Shown here: positions 19,234 through 28,890 of the stretch, piece by piece
Position numbering within the stretch: position 1 is the stretch's first letter
Layout of the letters: every line of letters starts with the position of its first letter
DNA from: Minisyncoccota bacterium
Lineage (GTDB): Bacteria > Patescibacteriota > Minisyncoccia > Phycocordibacterales > BOKC01
DNA length: 64,000 nt
Assembly (NCBI GenBank): GCA_030583745.1
Contig: CP129473.1
Coordinates: 552,211 to 616,210 of the forward strand
Direction: 5' to 3'
The notes under the pieces: generated by a model
Database searches by the model: none
What the model was told of the DNA's origin: nothing
Seen by the model: only the letters and a program-made list of their open reading frames with translations
Translations under genes and position numbers: made by a program

Positions 19234-19425
19234 GGCTAAATGATAACACGGATGAAAATGAAAAACCGACCGCCCTTGTGCTTGGCAGTCTTGGATTCGG
19301 CGGAACCCAGTTTCTCTTTGGAGATTAAGATGACCACAAGCGGTGCCCTATTTTTGGCCATTTTTACACACATCCATTAAATCTAGTAAAAAGTGCCAAA
19401 AGTGTTTAGACATTACCTATTTTAA

Positions 19426-19453
19426 TTGACTTTTTGCTTTGTTTTGCTATAAT
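19426..19453 (+). promoter_or_regulatory. sigma70-like promoter TTGACT-N16-TATAAT
   Basis: aatTTGACTttttgctttgttttgcTATAATaaagg, upstream of the GC-rich lipoprotein gene. Confidence 0.55.
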
Positions 19454-19534
19454 AAAGGTAGATTTTTCGAAAACCTCTTGGACCTTCGGCTTGTTGCTGT
19501 TGGTTTCTTGAGAGACAAGAAAAAGGAGCGGGGA

Positions 19535-19789
19535 ATGAAAAGGCAAAGGCAGAAGTCCGCGCCTTTGGCGGCGGCAGGAACGCTACTGTTCGTGGTCGCG
19601 TTCGGTTCCGGCTGCTCAAATGCCGGGGAAGGTGCCTTGTCTGGCGCCGCGCTCGGGGCTCTGGCTGGAATGGGACTTGGGTCCCTTACCGGTAGCATGG
19701 GGCAGGGCGCGGCCGCCGGTGCGATCATCGGTGGCGTCGGGGGAGCAGTCATCGGCGACCAGAACAGTCGCCAGGAAAGGTACCGTTGA
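19535..19789 (+). CDS. OsmB-like glycine-zipper lipoprotein, GC-rich
   Basis: Lipobox LLFVVAFGSG-C-SN; Gly-zipper GALAGMGLGSLTGSMGQGAAAGAIIGGVGGAVIG; ribosome-binding site AAGGAG-6nt-ATG; ~65% GC over the coding region. Confidence 0.7.
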   Translation: MKRQRQKSAPLAAAGTLLFVVAFGSGCSNAGEGALSGAALGALAGMGLGSLTGSMGQGAAAGAIIGGVGGAVIGDQNSRQERYR

Positions 19790-19885
19790 CCCCGGAAGGG
19801 CTGTCCAGACTGAACCGAAAGGTGAAAGTCTGGCAGCCCCATTTTTTTGAATTGATATTTTATTAAATTATGCTAGAATATAGCT

Positions 19886-20158
19886 ATGTTGACAAAGAAT
19901 AAGAAACAAAGGGCCATAAAAGCTGTAAAAATCCATGATTCTGATACTGGGTCCCCGGAAGTTCAGATCGCCATTTTAACAAAAAGGATAGAAGAGCTTT
20001 CTGGTCATTTAAAGAAAAACAATAAAGACAATCATTCAAGAAGAGGTCTTTTGGGTCTAGTTGCTAAACGCCAAAAGCATATGAATTATCTTGCCAAAAA
20101 AAATCCGGCCAGATATAGGTCTGTTTTAAAAAAGTTAGAACTTAAAAAGGTTAAATAA
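19886..20158 (+). CDS. rpsO: 30S ribosomal protein S15
   Basis: 90 aa; HDSDTGSPEVQIAILTKRI...LSGHLKKNNKDNHSRRGLL matches S15. Confidence 0.9.
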   Translation: MLTKNKKQRAIKAVKIHDSDTGSPEVQIAILTKRIEELSGHLKKNNKDNHSRRGLLGLVAKRQKHMNYLAKKNPARYRSVLKKLELKKVK

Positions 20159-20186
20159 TGCCTATTTTATAAGATAAATTTTTACG

Positions 20187-20207
20187 ACGAGAATCCTTCT
20201 CGTTTTT
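20187..20207 (+). terminator. rho-independent terminator after rpsO
   Basis: ACGAGAA-TCC-TTCTCGT hairpin followed by TTTTT. Confidence 0.6.
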
Positions 20208-20217
20208 AAAGTGTTTT

Positions 20218-20751
20218 ATGTCTGTAATTAAACACGCGCATCAGAAAGTTGGAGTTTTCATAGATACCCAGAATCTTTATCACAGTGCCAAGCATTTATA
20301 CAACGCTCGAGTTAACTTCGGGCAAGTTTTAAAAGACGCGGTCTCTGATCGACTCATAATTCGAGCTATTGCTTATGTCATAACGACGGAAACCGGCGAG
20401 GAAAAGGCCTTTTTTGAGGCATTGGTTAAACTTGGGATAGAAACCAAGACAAAAAACCTCCAGATTTTTGCTGGCGGGGCTAAAAAAGGGGATTGGGATG
20501 TCGGGATTGCTGTTGATGCTATAAAATTTGCGCCGAAACTTGACGCTGTTGTTTTGGTTTCGGGTGATGGTGATTTCGTGCCTCTTGTTGAGTATCTTAA
20601 GACCAATCAAGGTTGTCAGGTTGAAGTTGCTTCTTTCAGGCGCTCGGCTTCAAGCCGGCTCATAGAAGTAGCTGATGATTTTATTGATCTAGATAAAGAT
20701 CCTAAGAAATATCTTCTTCAGTCTAGCCGACCGAGAAGGCAGAGAGGTTAG
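20218..20751 (+). CDS. NYN-domain (LabA-like) predicted RNase
   Basis: VGVFIDTQNLY and VLVSGDGDF motifs of the NYN/LabA family. Confidence 0.7.
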   Translation: MSVIKHAHQKVGVFIDTQNLYHSAKHLYNARVNFGQVLKDAVSDRLIIRAIAYVITTETGEEKAFFEALVKLGIETKTKNLQIFAGGAKKGDWDVGIAVDAIKFAPKLDAVVLVSGDGDFVPLVEYLKTNQGCQVEVASFRRSASSRLIEVADDFIDLDKDPKKYLLQSSRPRRQRG

Positions 20752-20792
20752 TTTTTTCGGATTGTTGGTGGGCTCTCGAAATAGGGTAGTGA

Positions 20793-20818
20793 TGCCTGAC
20801 GTTTTTCAGGCCTTTTTG
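20793..20818 (+). terminator. rho-independent terminator
   Basis: GCCTGAC-GTTTTT-CAGGC hairpin followed by CTTTTTG. Confidence 0.5.
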
Positions 20819-20899
20819 TGTATAAAAGTGTTTGTAAAAATTTAGATTAGATAGTATATTTTGTTTCGGGTCAAATTTTATGAATCTAATTTTTTTTAA

Positions 20900-21508
20900 A
20901 TGAAAAAATCAATAATCGTCTTAGTTATTGTTGTAGCTCTGGTTGTAGTCGGAGCGGTTTGGGCTTTCAACACCAACCGAGCCGTCGCACCGGAGAATGG
21001 AGTTGTCCAAAATGGGGAGGTTGATACTTCCGATTGGCAGACGTATCGAAATGAGGAGTTAGGGTTTGAGTTTAGGTATCCAAGGGAGTGGGGGGAAGTT
21101 GCAGTTTCTCCGGTAACTCCAATAGTTTCAATGGTTATAGGCATACCAGGTAATGATCAGAGTAAAATTCGCTTTAACATAAATTCTGCTCAAAGAACTG
21201 ATCAACAGTTGAAAAACTTAGTATATTTACAGGTAGAGGGAGATCAGTGTGAATTCAATCTAGCAACCTCAAGAGAACTTCCAAATAGTAAATTTTCCAG
21301 TATAAGAATGGAGCAAACACAAACACGACTATCCTGGGAAGAATGTCTGACTATTTCTAATACTATTCCAGACGATAGAAAAGAAAGAAAAGTTATTAGT
21401 CCTCACGCCTATACCGTTGTCTATCTTAATGACAACGAAGTTCCAGAAGTTATGCGAAAAGATTATCAGGAATTTAAATTATTTATAAAATCGTTTAAAA
21501 CGATATGA
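20900..21508 (+). CDS. hypothetical secreted/membrane-anchored protein
   Basis: N-terminal TM/signal segment (IIVLVIVVALVVVGAVWAF); 202 aa. Confidence 0.5.
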   Translation: MKKSIIVLVIVVALVVVGAVWAFNTNRAVAPENGVVQNGEVDTSDWQTYRNEELGFEFRYPREWGEVAVSPVTPIVSMVIGIPGNDQSKIRFNINSAQRTDQQLKNLVYLQVEGDQCEFNLATSRELPNSKFSSIRMEQTQTRLSWEECLTISNTIPDDRKERKVISPHAYTVVYLNDNEVPEVMRKDYQEFKLFIKSFKTI

Positions 21509-22218
21509 TGATCAAACAAAAACATCTTTTTATCACTATTCTTGTTTTGGGTCTGTTCACTCTATCTTTACTTGCTGTAGCAGACACCACGAATTCTACA
21601 CAATCTCTTATTTCTAATTCTGAAACAGAAAAAGATGTTGTGGAGGGTAAATCAAAAACCACTAGTTCTAGCGACCCGATTCTCCCAATAATTACTGATA
21701 CACAAAAGCCAGCAACAACCTATACTCACCCAGAACTCGGTTATTCTTTTGAGTATTTATCAGATTGGTTGCTCGGCACTTATAAAAGCAACGGCTATGA
21801 GGCAGTAGGACTATGGGACCCCGTAGCACAACAGCAAGAGGGCGCGGAAGGCCATCTCATACAAGGGGCGAAGATTGAAATATCCACCTGCAACTGCGCT
21901 CCAATAAGTTCTTTCAAAAACACAATCGTAGAACGAACCGGAAAAGGCCCTGAAACAATAACCAGTGTTTCTGAATCAACCCTTAATATTTATAAGGACC
22001 AAACACCAGTATCAGTTGTAAGAGTAGATTACAAAACAGAACTCGGGGGAGGTAAAAGCGTATATTTTGTTGGTAGAGATGGATTGCTTTATGTGCTCAC
22101 TTTAGGGATTCCGAATCTTGAAACTTTGGGAACTGGCCAACTTCAAGAATACAGGTCTGTTTTTGAGGACGTGATTCAATCATTTACCTTTAGCGAAATT
22201 GCTTATGAAAACCACTAA
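21505..22218 (+). CDS. hypothetical secreted protein
   Basis: Signal-peptide-like N-terminus; 237 aa; start and stop overlap the neighbouring genes. Confidence 0.5.
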   Translation: MMIKQKHLFITILVLGLFTLSLLAVADTTNSTQSLISNSETEKDVVEGKSKTTSSSDPILPIITDTQKPATTYTHPELGYSFEYLSDWLLGTYKSNGYEAVGLWDPVAQQQEGAEGHLIQGAKIEISTCNCAPISSFKNTIVERTGKGPETITSVSESTLNIYKDQTPVSVVRVDYKTELGGGKSVYFVGRDGLLYVLTLGIPNLETLGTGQLQEYRSVFEDVIQSFTFSEIAYENH

Positions 22219-25200
22219 GATATTAAGCATAATTTTTGGAACACTCATTTTCTTTGCTGTAGTTTTATCTGTTTTTGCCAACCCAAGAATATTATATCTA
22301 CCTTTTACTGATCTTGAAGTTTTTCTCAAGCACGGATGGTACTATGATGAACAGGAAACAGATGAGCATAAAGGAATAGATTATTTCAAAGGACAGTCAG
22401 GAAACTGGCAAGAGTTTGAAATTCTCGCTGTGGCGGGAGGAGTAGCTGAGTATAGACCAAATGGTAGTCCAACGTGGGGTAATTATGTTGTTATTGACCA
22501 TCAAACCGGCTCACCCCCTTATTATACCGTTTACGCTCATCTAGAAAGCTCACCCTTACCCGCTTATACACAAACGGCAGTTAATGAAGGTGATTTAATA
22601 GGTATTGCTGGTGCTACTGGGTTCACCGATCCACCGGGAACAGTTCATCTACATCTTGAATGGTCAAAGGACGGAATAGGGCAGTTTGGTACTAAACTTG
22701 ATCCTTATGGGATTAAAAAATATTACACATATTATCCTGGTTATCCAAATTTTATAGATTGTGGCATTGACCTTCAAAATCCAGGTGTTTTCTGGTGGAC
22801 AGAATGTCCGCCGATTCCACCTGGTGGAGGCGGGGATGATCCACTTCCGGTAATAAATGTTTCCGGAAATATCACCGAAGACACAACATGGAAAGCGGGG
22901 TATGTGTATTTAATTCAGGGGTCAGTGACGGTGGTTGAAAATGTAACTTTAACTTTAGAGCCCGGAGTAATCGTCAAATTTCAAAACACCTCCTCCCGCT
23001 TCAACATCTACGGAAACCTCTACGCCCAAGGAACCCAACAAAACAAAATCCACTTCACCTCATACAAAGACGATACGGTCGGCGGTGATTCAAACGGAGA
23101 TGGCAACAATTCATCGCCGGCTCCCAGCAATTGGCGGCAAATCACTGTCTTTGAGAATGGTTCAGCCGATCTTTCCCACGCCGTCTTGCGCTATGGCGGC
23201 TACACTTGCGCCTACTGCGGCATCAATCCCGGAGGTCTTTTAGTGGACGGCGGACAACTTACCCTCGCCGACACTTTGATTGAGAAGAACAATTATGGGA
23301 TATATTTCAAAAACATCACCGGCACTACAAGCATTTCCAACTCCACCATTTCTAACAACACTTCTTATGGCATCTTCTCAACCGGCGGCAACCACGACAT
23401 ATATCTCTCCAACTCCACCATCTCCAACCATTCCGATACCGGTATCTATGCTTCCGCCAGCGCCACAACTACTGTTTCGCTTTTGAACAATACTTTCCAG
23501 AACAACCAAACAAGAGACGGTTACTTTTCCATTTCCAACATTAACTTCATCAACCAAGGGAACACTACTTCAGGCACCGGAGGCAACGGCTTCCACATTT
23601 CAGGCACTCTTTTAGGCAACCAAATCTGGAACCCTGGTGTCCCTTACATTATCAGCACCGTCACCTTACCGGCCGATACCACTCTCACAATTAACCCCAA
23701 TACCATCGTCAAATTTCAAAACACCTCCTCCCGCTTCAACATCTACGGAAACCTCTACGCCCAAGGAACCCAACAAAACAAAATCCACTTCACCTCATAC
23801 AAAGACGATACGGTCGGCGGTGATTCAAACGGAGATGGCAACAATTCATCGCCGGCTCCCAGCAATTGGCGGCAAATCACTGTCTTTGAGAATGGTTCAG
23901 CCGATCTTTCCCACGCCGTCTTGCGCTATGGCGGCTACACTTGCGCCTACTGCGGCATCAATCCCGGAGGTCTTTTAGTGGACGGCGGACAACTTACCCT
24001 CGCCGACACTTTGATTGAGAAGAACAATTATGGGATATATTTCAAAAACATCACCGGCACTACAAGCATTTCCAACTCCACCATTTCTAACAACACTTCT
24101 TATGGCATCTTCTCAACCGGCGGCAACCACGACATATATCTCTCCAACTCCACCATCTCCAACCATTCCGATACCGGTATCTATGCTTCCGCCAGCGCCA
24201 CAACTACTGTTTCGCTTTTGAACAATACTTTCCAGAACAACCAAACAAGAGACGGTTACTTTTCCATTTCCAACATTAACTTCATCAACCAAGGGAACAC
24301 TACTTCAGGCACCGGAGGCAACGGCTTCCACATTTCAGGCACTCTTTTAGGCAACCAAATCTGGAACCCTGGTGTCCCTTACATTATCAGCACCGTCACC
24401 TTACCGGCCGATACCACTCTCACAATTAACCCCAATACCATCGTCAAATTTCAAAACACCTCCTCCCGCTTCAACATCTACGGAAACCTCTACGCCCAAG
24501 GAACCCAACAAAACAAAATCTACTTCACCTCATACAAAGACGATACGGTCGGCGGTGATTCAAACGGAGATGGCAACAATTCATCGCCGGCTCCCAGCAA
24601 TTGGCGGCAAATCACTGTCTTTGAGAATGGTTCAGCCGATCTTTCCCACGCCGTCTTGCGCTATGGCGGCTACACTTGCGCCTACTGCGGCATCAATCCC
24701 GGAGGTCTTTTAGTGGACGGCGGACAACTTACCCTCGCCGACACTTTGATTGAGAAGAACAATTATGGGATATATTTCAAAAACATCACCGGCACTACAA
24801 GCATTTCCAACTCCACCATTTCTAACAACACTTCTTATGGCATCTTCTCAACCGGCGGCAACCACGACATATATCTCTCCAACTCCACCATCTCCAACCA
24901 TTCCGATACCGGTATCTATGCTTCCGCCAGCGCCACAACTACTGTTTCGCTTTTGAACAATACTTTCCAGAACAACCAAACAAGAGACGGTTACTTTTCC
25001 ATTTCCAACATTAACTTCATCAACCAAGGGAACACTACTTCAGGCACCGGAGGCAACGGCTTCCACATTTCAGGCACTCTTTTAGGCAACCAAATCTGGA
25101 ACCCTGGTGTCCCTTACATTATCAGCACCGTCACCTTACCGGCCGATACCACTCTCACAATTAACCCCAATACCATCGTCAAATTTCAAAACACCTCCTC

Positions 25201-25756
25201 CCGCTTCAACATCTACGGAAACCTCTACGCCCAAGGAACCCAACAAAACAAAATCTACTTCACCTCTTACCGAGACGACACAATCGGAGGTGACTCCAAC
25301 GGAGATGGCAACAATTCATCGCCGGCTCCCAGCAATTGGCGGCAAATCACTGTCTTTGAGAATGGTTCAGCCGATCTTTCCCACGCCGTCTTGCGCTATG
25401 GCGGCTACACTTGCGCCTACTGCGGCATCAATCCCGGAGGTCTTTTAGTGGACGGCGGACAACTTACCCTCGCCGACACTTTGATTGAGAAGAACAATTA
25501 TGGGATCTACCGGCGGACTAGCGGTAATGTTTCCGTCACTCAAAGCTCAATTAAAGAGAATACCTCCTACGGCATATATCACACCGGCACCGGGACAACG
25601 ACCGCCACTTCAAACTGGTGGGGAGATCCGAGCGGGCCTTATCATCCGCAAAACAATCCAAACGGACAAGGCGACAGAGTCTCAAATAATGTGGAATTCA
25701 GCTCCTGGTTAATTGAGGATCCTTTTTGGAAACAATTTATATTTCCCAAAAAGTAG
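22199..25756 (+). CDS. giant secreted protein: N-terminal M23 (LytM) peptidase domain followed by tandem right-handed beta-helix (NosD/pectin-lyase-like) repeats
   Basis: HKGIDYF...VVIDHQ...HLHLEW M23 zinc-site motifs. Three identical 245-aa repeats rich in NxT/S and I-Y-G/S-N-T-I-S-N rungs. Confidence 0.75.
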   Translation: MLMKTTKILSIIFGTLIFFAVVLSVFANPRILYLPFTDLEVFLKHGWYYDEQETDEHKGIDYFKGQSGNWQEFEILAVAGGVAEYRPNGSPTWGNYVVIDHQTGSPPYYTVYAHLESSPLPAYTQTAVNEGDLIGIAGATGFTDPPGTVHLHLEWSKDGIGQFGTKLDPYGIKKYYTYYPGYPNFIDCGIDLQNPGVFWWTECPPIPPGGGGDDPLPVINVSGNITEDTTWKAGYVYLIQGSVTVVENVTLTLEPGVIVKFQNTSSRFNIYGNLYAQGTQQNKIHFTSYKDDTVGGDSNGDGNNSSPAPSNWRQITVFENGSADLSHAVLRYGGYTCAYCGINPGGLLVDGGQLTLADTLIEKNNYGIYFKNITGTTSISNSTISNNTSYGIFSTGGNHDIYLSNSTISNHSDTGIYASASATTTVSLLNNTFQNNQTRDGYFSISNINFINQGNTTSGTGGNGFHISGTLLGNQIWNPGVPYIISTVTLPADTTLTINPNTIVKFQNTSSRFNIYGNLYAQGTQQNKIHFTSYKDDTVGGDSNGDGNNSSPAPSNWRQITVFENGSADLSHAVLRYGGYTCAYCGINPGGLLVDGGQLTLADTLIEKNNYGIYFKNITGTTSISNSTISNNTSYGIFSTGGNHDIYLSNSTISNHSDTGIYASASATTTVSLLNNTFQNNQTRDGYFSISNINFINQGNTTSGTGGNGFHISGTLLGNQIWNPGVPYIISTVTLPADTTLTINPNTIVKFQNTSSRFNIYGNLYAQGTQQNKIYFTSYKDDTVGGDSNGDGNNSSPAPSNWRQITVFENGSADLSHAVLRYGGYTCAYCGINPGGLLVDGGQLTLADTLIEKNNYGIYFKNITGTTSISNSTISNNTSYGIFSTGGNHDIYLSNSTISNHSDTGIYASASATTTVSLLNNTFQNNQTRDGYFSISNINFINQGNTTSGTGGNGFHISGTLLGNQIWNPGVPYIISTVTLPADTTLTINPNTIVKFQNTSSRFNIYGNLYAQGTQQNKIYFTSYRDDTIGGDSNGDGNNSSPAPSNWRQITVFENGSADLSHAVLRYGGYTCAYCGINPGGLLVDGGQLTLADTLIEKNNYGIYRRTSGNVSVTQSSIKENTSYGIYHTGTGTTTATSNWWGDPSGPYHPQNNPNGQGDRVSNNVEFSSWLIEDPFWKQFIFPKK
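22970..25505. repeat. 735-bp tandem repeat: 3 essentially identical copies (22970, 23705, 24440) plus a diverged partial 4th copy (25175..~25505)
   Basis: Period 735 nt (245 codons). Copies 1-2 differ from copies 3-4 by one SNP (CAC/TAC, His/Tyr). The 4th copy carries a ~40-nt patch with 9 mostly synonymous substitutions. Confidence 0.95.
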
Positions 25757-26254
25757 CTATCTTACAACTTTCATTGGAATGTTCTCGTCAATTTCAGCCG
25801 ACCGGGCGTAAATTATTATTCTATTTCCTTCCTCGGCGCCCGTCTTGCCGATATAGTAGCCGGTATTGTAATCAGTTTTGTCTTTTAGGTGCCCGTCTTT
25901 TGGGTCAATTGGCATTTCGGCAATATATTTTGGCACTAAGCAATCATACAGATCAATTTCTCCTTGCGAGCTTCCAGATTTTATAACTGTGGTTGGCAAG
26001 CCATTGTCATCCTGACTTGTTAGAATTTCTTTTTCTACTCCGTTGCAGGTAAAGATGCCTCTATTTTCAGCCATATTTTGGCCGACAGCATTTAAAATAG
26101 CGTGGATTGCGCTAGCCCTCTGCGTGTCGCGGGCTTGGGCGAACTGATGCCCCGGATTAATAGCAACTAAAACTATGCCAGCCAAAATGGCCAGAATCCC
26201 AATGACTATTAGAACTTCAATTAGAGTAAATCCCAGTTTTTTGTTTGTTTCCAT
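25757..26254 (-). CDS. type IV pilin-like protein (prepilin N-terminal methylation domain)
   Basis: KKLGFTLIEVLIVIGILAILAGIVLVAINP shows the canonical G-F-T-L-I-E motif; 165 aa. Confidence 0.8.
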   Translation of the reverse strand: METNKKLGFTLIEVLIVIGILAILAGIVLVAINPGHQFAQARDTQRASAIHAILNAVGQNMAENRGIFTCNGVEKEILTSQDDNGLPTTVIKSGSSQGEIDLYDCLVPKYIAEMPIDPKDGHLKDKTDYNTGYYIGKTGAEEGNRIIIYARSAEIDENIPMKVVR

Positions 26255-26311
26255 AAAAAAGACAAATCGCCATTTTTAAATTTTAATTTTTGGCAATATT
26301 CCTTTTTTATT

Positions 26312-27325
26312 TTACTGCTGATTCTCCAAGAACTCCAGAACCGCTGTGTTTATAAGAATTGTTTCTACAAAGATTTCAGCTCGATTTCTATCAGCACCCG
26401 GGTATTCTTTAATAACCTTTTCAACTTCTTGCTCCAAGATTTTCGGGTCAGCGGTAATTTTTTCCACAGCGGCTATTTTGTTCAGCACCAACTGGCTTTG
26501 AGCCCTTTTTTCTGCCTGTGGACGCCAATCTTGCCTTATTTTCTCTTCATCGGCCTTGGTTTTTTCCAAATAATCTTTAAATGACATACCGGCGACTTCT
26601 ATCTCTTCTTTAAATTGCGCCAACATCTTTTCCAACTCTCCTCTTACTAGAATTTCCGGTAATTCAATTTCTGAATCTTTTATTATTTTTTCCAGAATTG
26701 CTGTCCTTTTTTTGTTTTTTTGTTGGTGCTTCTTTTCTTCTTTTAAATTTTGTTTGATCTTTTGTTTTAAGTCTTCTAAATCTGTGAAATTTCCAAGCTC
26801 TTTTACGAAATCTTGATCCAATTCCGGCAATTTCCCATCTTCCTGTTTTCGGGCCTGTCTGACTGAATCTATTACCTTTTCAACTTCGTCATCACCAACT
26901 TCAGGATCCTCCTCAATCGGATTTTTGTCTTCCGAAGCGATTTTTTTGTAGTCAGCTAATTTAACTTCCGGCACTATTGAGGTTTTAATTTTTACACCAA
27001 GCTCGTTGCCTAAAGCCAGTTTTGTAATGGTAACTTCCGGCCGACCTATAGCTTCAATTTTGTGTTCCAACAAAATTTGCGGATAAATTTCTTTAATAGC
27101 TTCTTCAGCGGCGTCTTCGAGAATCCGAGCTTCGCCGACTTTTTCAATAATCATTTTTTCCGGCGCGTTTCCTTTACGAAAACCGGGGAGCTCCAAGTTT
27201 TCTTTGTATCTTTTTACAATCTTTTTTCTCTGCTCCGCTAGTTTTTCTGCTGAAATTTGCAGGTCAATTTCTATCTCGGCGTTCCCGAGTTTTTTTATTT
27301 CCAATTTGTAATTTTTGTTTGTCAT
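26312..27325 (-). CDS. tig: trigger factor (short form)
   Basis: N-terminal ribosome-binding signature GFRKGNAPEKMI; central PPIase-like region and Glu/Lys-rich C-terminus; 337 aa. Confidence 0.75.
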   Translation of the reverse strand: MTNKNYKLEIKKLGNAEIEIDLQISAEKLAEQRKKIVKRYKENLELPGFRKGNAPEKMIIEKVGEARILEDAAEEAIKEIYPQILLEHKIEAIGRPEVTITKLALGNELGVKIKTSIVPEVKLADYKKIASEDKNPIEEDPEVGDDEVEKVIDSVRQARKQEDGKLPELDQDFVKELGNFTDLEDLKQKIKQNLKEEKKHQQKNKKRTAILEKIIKDSEIELPEILVRGELEKMLAQFKEEIEVAGMSFKDYLEKTKADEEKIRQDWRPQAEKRAQSQLVLNKIAAVEKITADPKILEQEVEKVIKEYPGADRNRAEIFVETILINTAVLEFLENQQ

Positions 27326-27377
27326 CGTCCAGGCACTATATACTTTTTGCTTTTTATTTTCAAGTTTGGGGTTTAAA

Positions 27378-27408
27378 CAAAAAATCCCGCAGAAGCGCGG
27401 GATTTTTT
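27378..27408. terminator. bidirectional intrinsic terminator
   Basis: A-tract, then ATCCCGC-AGAAGC-GCGGGAT, then TTTTTT. Confidence 0.65.
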
Positions 27409-27437
27409 GTTTCAGAATAGAGTATAGAGTTTTGTTG

Positions 27438-27761
27438 TTAGATTTCCTCGATTTCTCTTGCCGCGGCTTCTAGCTCGGCGTCCAGATTGCTAAGGTCTGT
27501 TTTTTCGAGATCAGCTTCTATCGATGCCAACTCGTCTGAATCGTCCAAACTTCTAAAGTCTCCCAATTCGTTTTCTATATCAGTAACCGATGGCTCATTG
27601 GCCGATGGGCCTATTGGACTTTCATCGTTGATAAAGAAGTACAAACTGCCGACAATTATCAAAGCTAGGATAATAACAAGGCCGATTGTTGGGCCCCAAG
27701 ATTTGGAGTCTCCAGATGATGTTTGAGAGTTTGCGTTTTGGTTGTTTTCAAAATTATCCAT
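27438..27761 (-). CDS. hypothetical acidic membrane-anchored protein
   Basis: One TM helix (TIGLVIILALIIVGSLYFFI), followed by an Asp/Glu-rich tail. Confidence 0.45.
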   Translation of the reverse strand: MDNFENNQNANSQTSSGDSKSWGPTIGLVIILALIIVGSLYFFINDESPIGPSANEPSVTDIENELGDFRSLDDSDELASIEADLEKTDLSNLDAELEAAAREIEEI

Positions 27762-27784
27762 AAAATTTTTTTAACTTTTTAATT

Positions 27785-28810
27785 TTATTGTGACCTCATA
27801 CTTATGACAACCTCCACAAGCGCCTGATGAGCTTCTTGTATTGTGTTTCTCAAGTTGTGGACGAGTTCTCTAATTCTAGCAAATTCTTCCGTCAGGTTTT
27901 CTCCTGTCAAAATTTCTTGGTAGTTTTGGGATACTGTCGTTAATTTGGCGCTAGCGTCTTCGATTTTTGTTCTGGCTTCGGCCAAAAGATTTTTAGCTTG
28001 GGTTAGGTCTTGGCCTTCAGCTTCACTTTTTTCGATTCTTGATTCAATTCTGTCCGCCAAATTATTTAATCTCTCTATTGCGGCAGTCATTCTGGTCAGC
28101 ATATTACTCATGTATTTTAGGTAATTTCTGACGCGCATTTCAACGCCTCTTTCAATCTGCTCTGGGCTCATTGTTCCAGCTAGTTCTGCTCTGCTGACAG
28201 CTCTTTCAACTAGAGCCGGAGAGACATTCTTGCTTCTCAAGCTAACCTCCTCTTCTTGCATTGAGACCGCCAAACACCTTCTCTGAAGCTCTGATGCTCT
28301 GACTGTTTGACACTTTTCCAAAACTCCAGAAATTCTAGGAAGATCTTCTTGATATCTAGTGAAGTTGTTCAAAAGGAGTAGGGCATCAAGTGTGTTGACT
28401 GTTCTGTCGTTATTTAAGTCGGCTGGGCAACTTGTGCTAACCGCAGGACAAGGTCCGAACGATTCGACTAATATTTTGAAGTCTGTGAAATCAACGTGAC
28501 CGTCGCCATTAAGGTCGCCAAAGATTCTGTCTTCTGGCGGTACCAAAGAGGCAATTTGAGTTAAACTTGCCCGACCAGGCATTGCTCCGCTTCTGATTGG
28601 CGAAACTGATGCCGGATTCATTCTGGAATCGCGGATAACTGGATTAACTCCTTGCACATTTTCTTCTGGGACTGGAATAATATTCCCCAAAGTTCTATTG
28701 ATTTCTTCGTTTATCCTGTGGGAAGGCGCTTCTTGCTCAACTTCAGCATAAACGGCTGGCGCTGAAAAAATCAGCCCCAAAGACAAAACAAAAATGAAAT
28801 TTTTTTTCAT
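27785..28810 (-). CDS. secreted protein with dockerin-like calcium-binding repeats and a coiled-coil C-terminal half
   Basis: Signal peptide MKKNFIFVLSLGLIFSAPAVYA; DLNGDGHVDFTDF and DLNNDRTVNTLD dockerin/EF-hand-like motifs. Confidence 0.55.
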   Translation of the reverse strand: MKKNFIFVLSLGLIFSAPAVYAEVEQEAPSHRINEEINRTLGNIIPVPEENVQGVNPVIRDSRMNPASVSPIRSGAMPGRASLTQIASLVPPEDRIFGDLNGDGHVDFTDFKILVESFGPCPAVSTSCPADLNNDRTVNTLDALLLLNNFTRYQEDLPRISGVLEKCQTVRASELQRRCLAVSMQEEEVSLRSKNVSPALVERAVSRAELAGTMSPEQIERGVEMRVRNYLKYMSNMLTRMTAAIERLNNLADRIESRIEKSEAEGQDLTQAKNLLAEARTKIEDASAKLTTVSQNYQEILTGENLTEEFARIRELVHNLRNTIQEAHQALVEVVISMRSQ

Positions 28811-28890
28811 ATGGTTTTTGTTAAAATAATAAATTTAAACTTATAAAAAAACTCGTTACTTATTACAAAGACGTAAATATCTAAGTTTTC

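Noticed and set aside
19447-19842. 131-aa minus-strand ORF and 19620..19850 (+)
   Set aside because: Antisense or alternate-frame shadow of the GC-rich lipoprotein gene (19535..19789). The lipoprotein frame has the ribosome-binding site, lipobox and Gly-zipper.
23280-25712. Repeated 68-aa and 113-aa ORFs inside the giant gene (23280, 23637, 24015, 24372, 24750, 25107, 25485)
   Set aside because: Alternate-frame ORFs recurring every 735 nt because of the tandem repeat. They lie inside the strongly supported 1185-aa reading frame.
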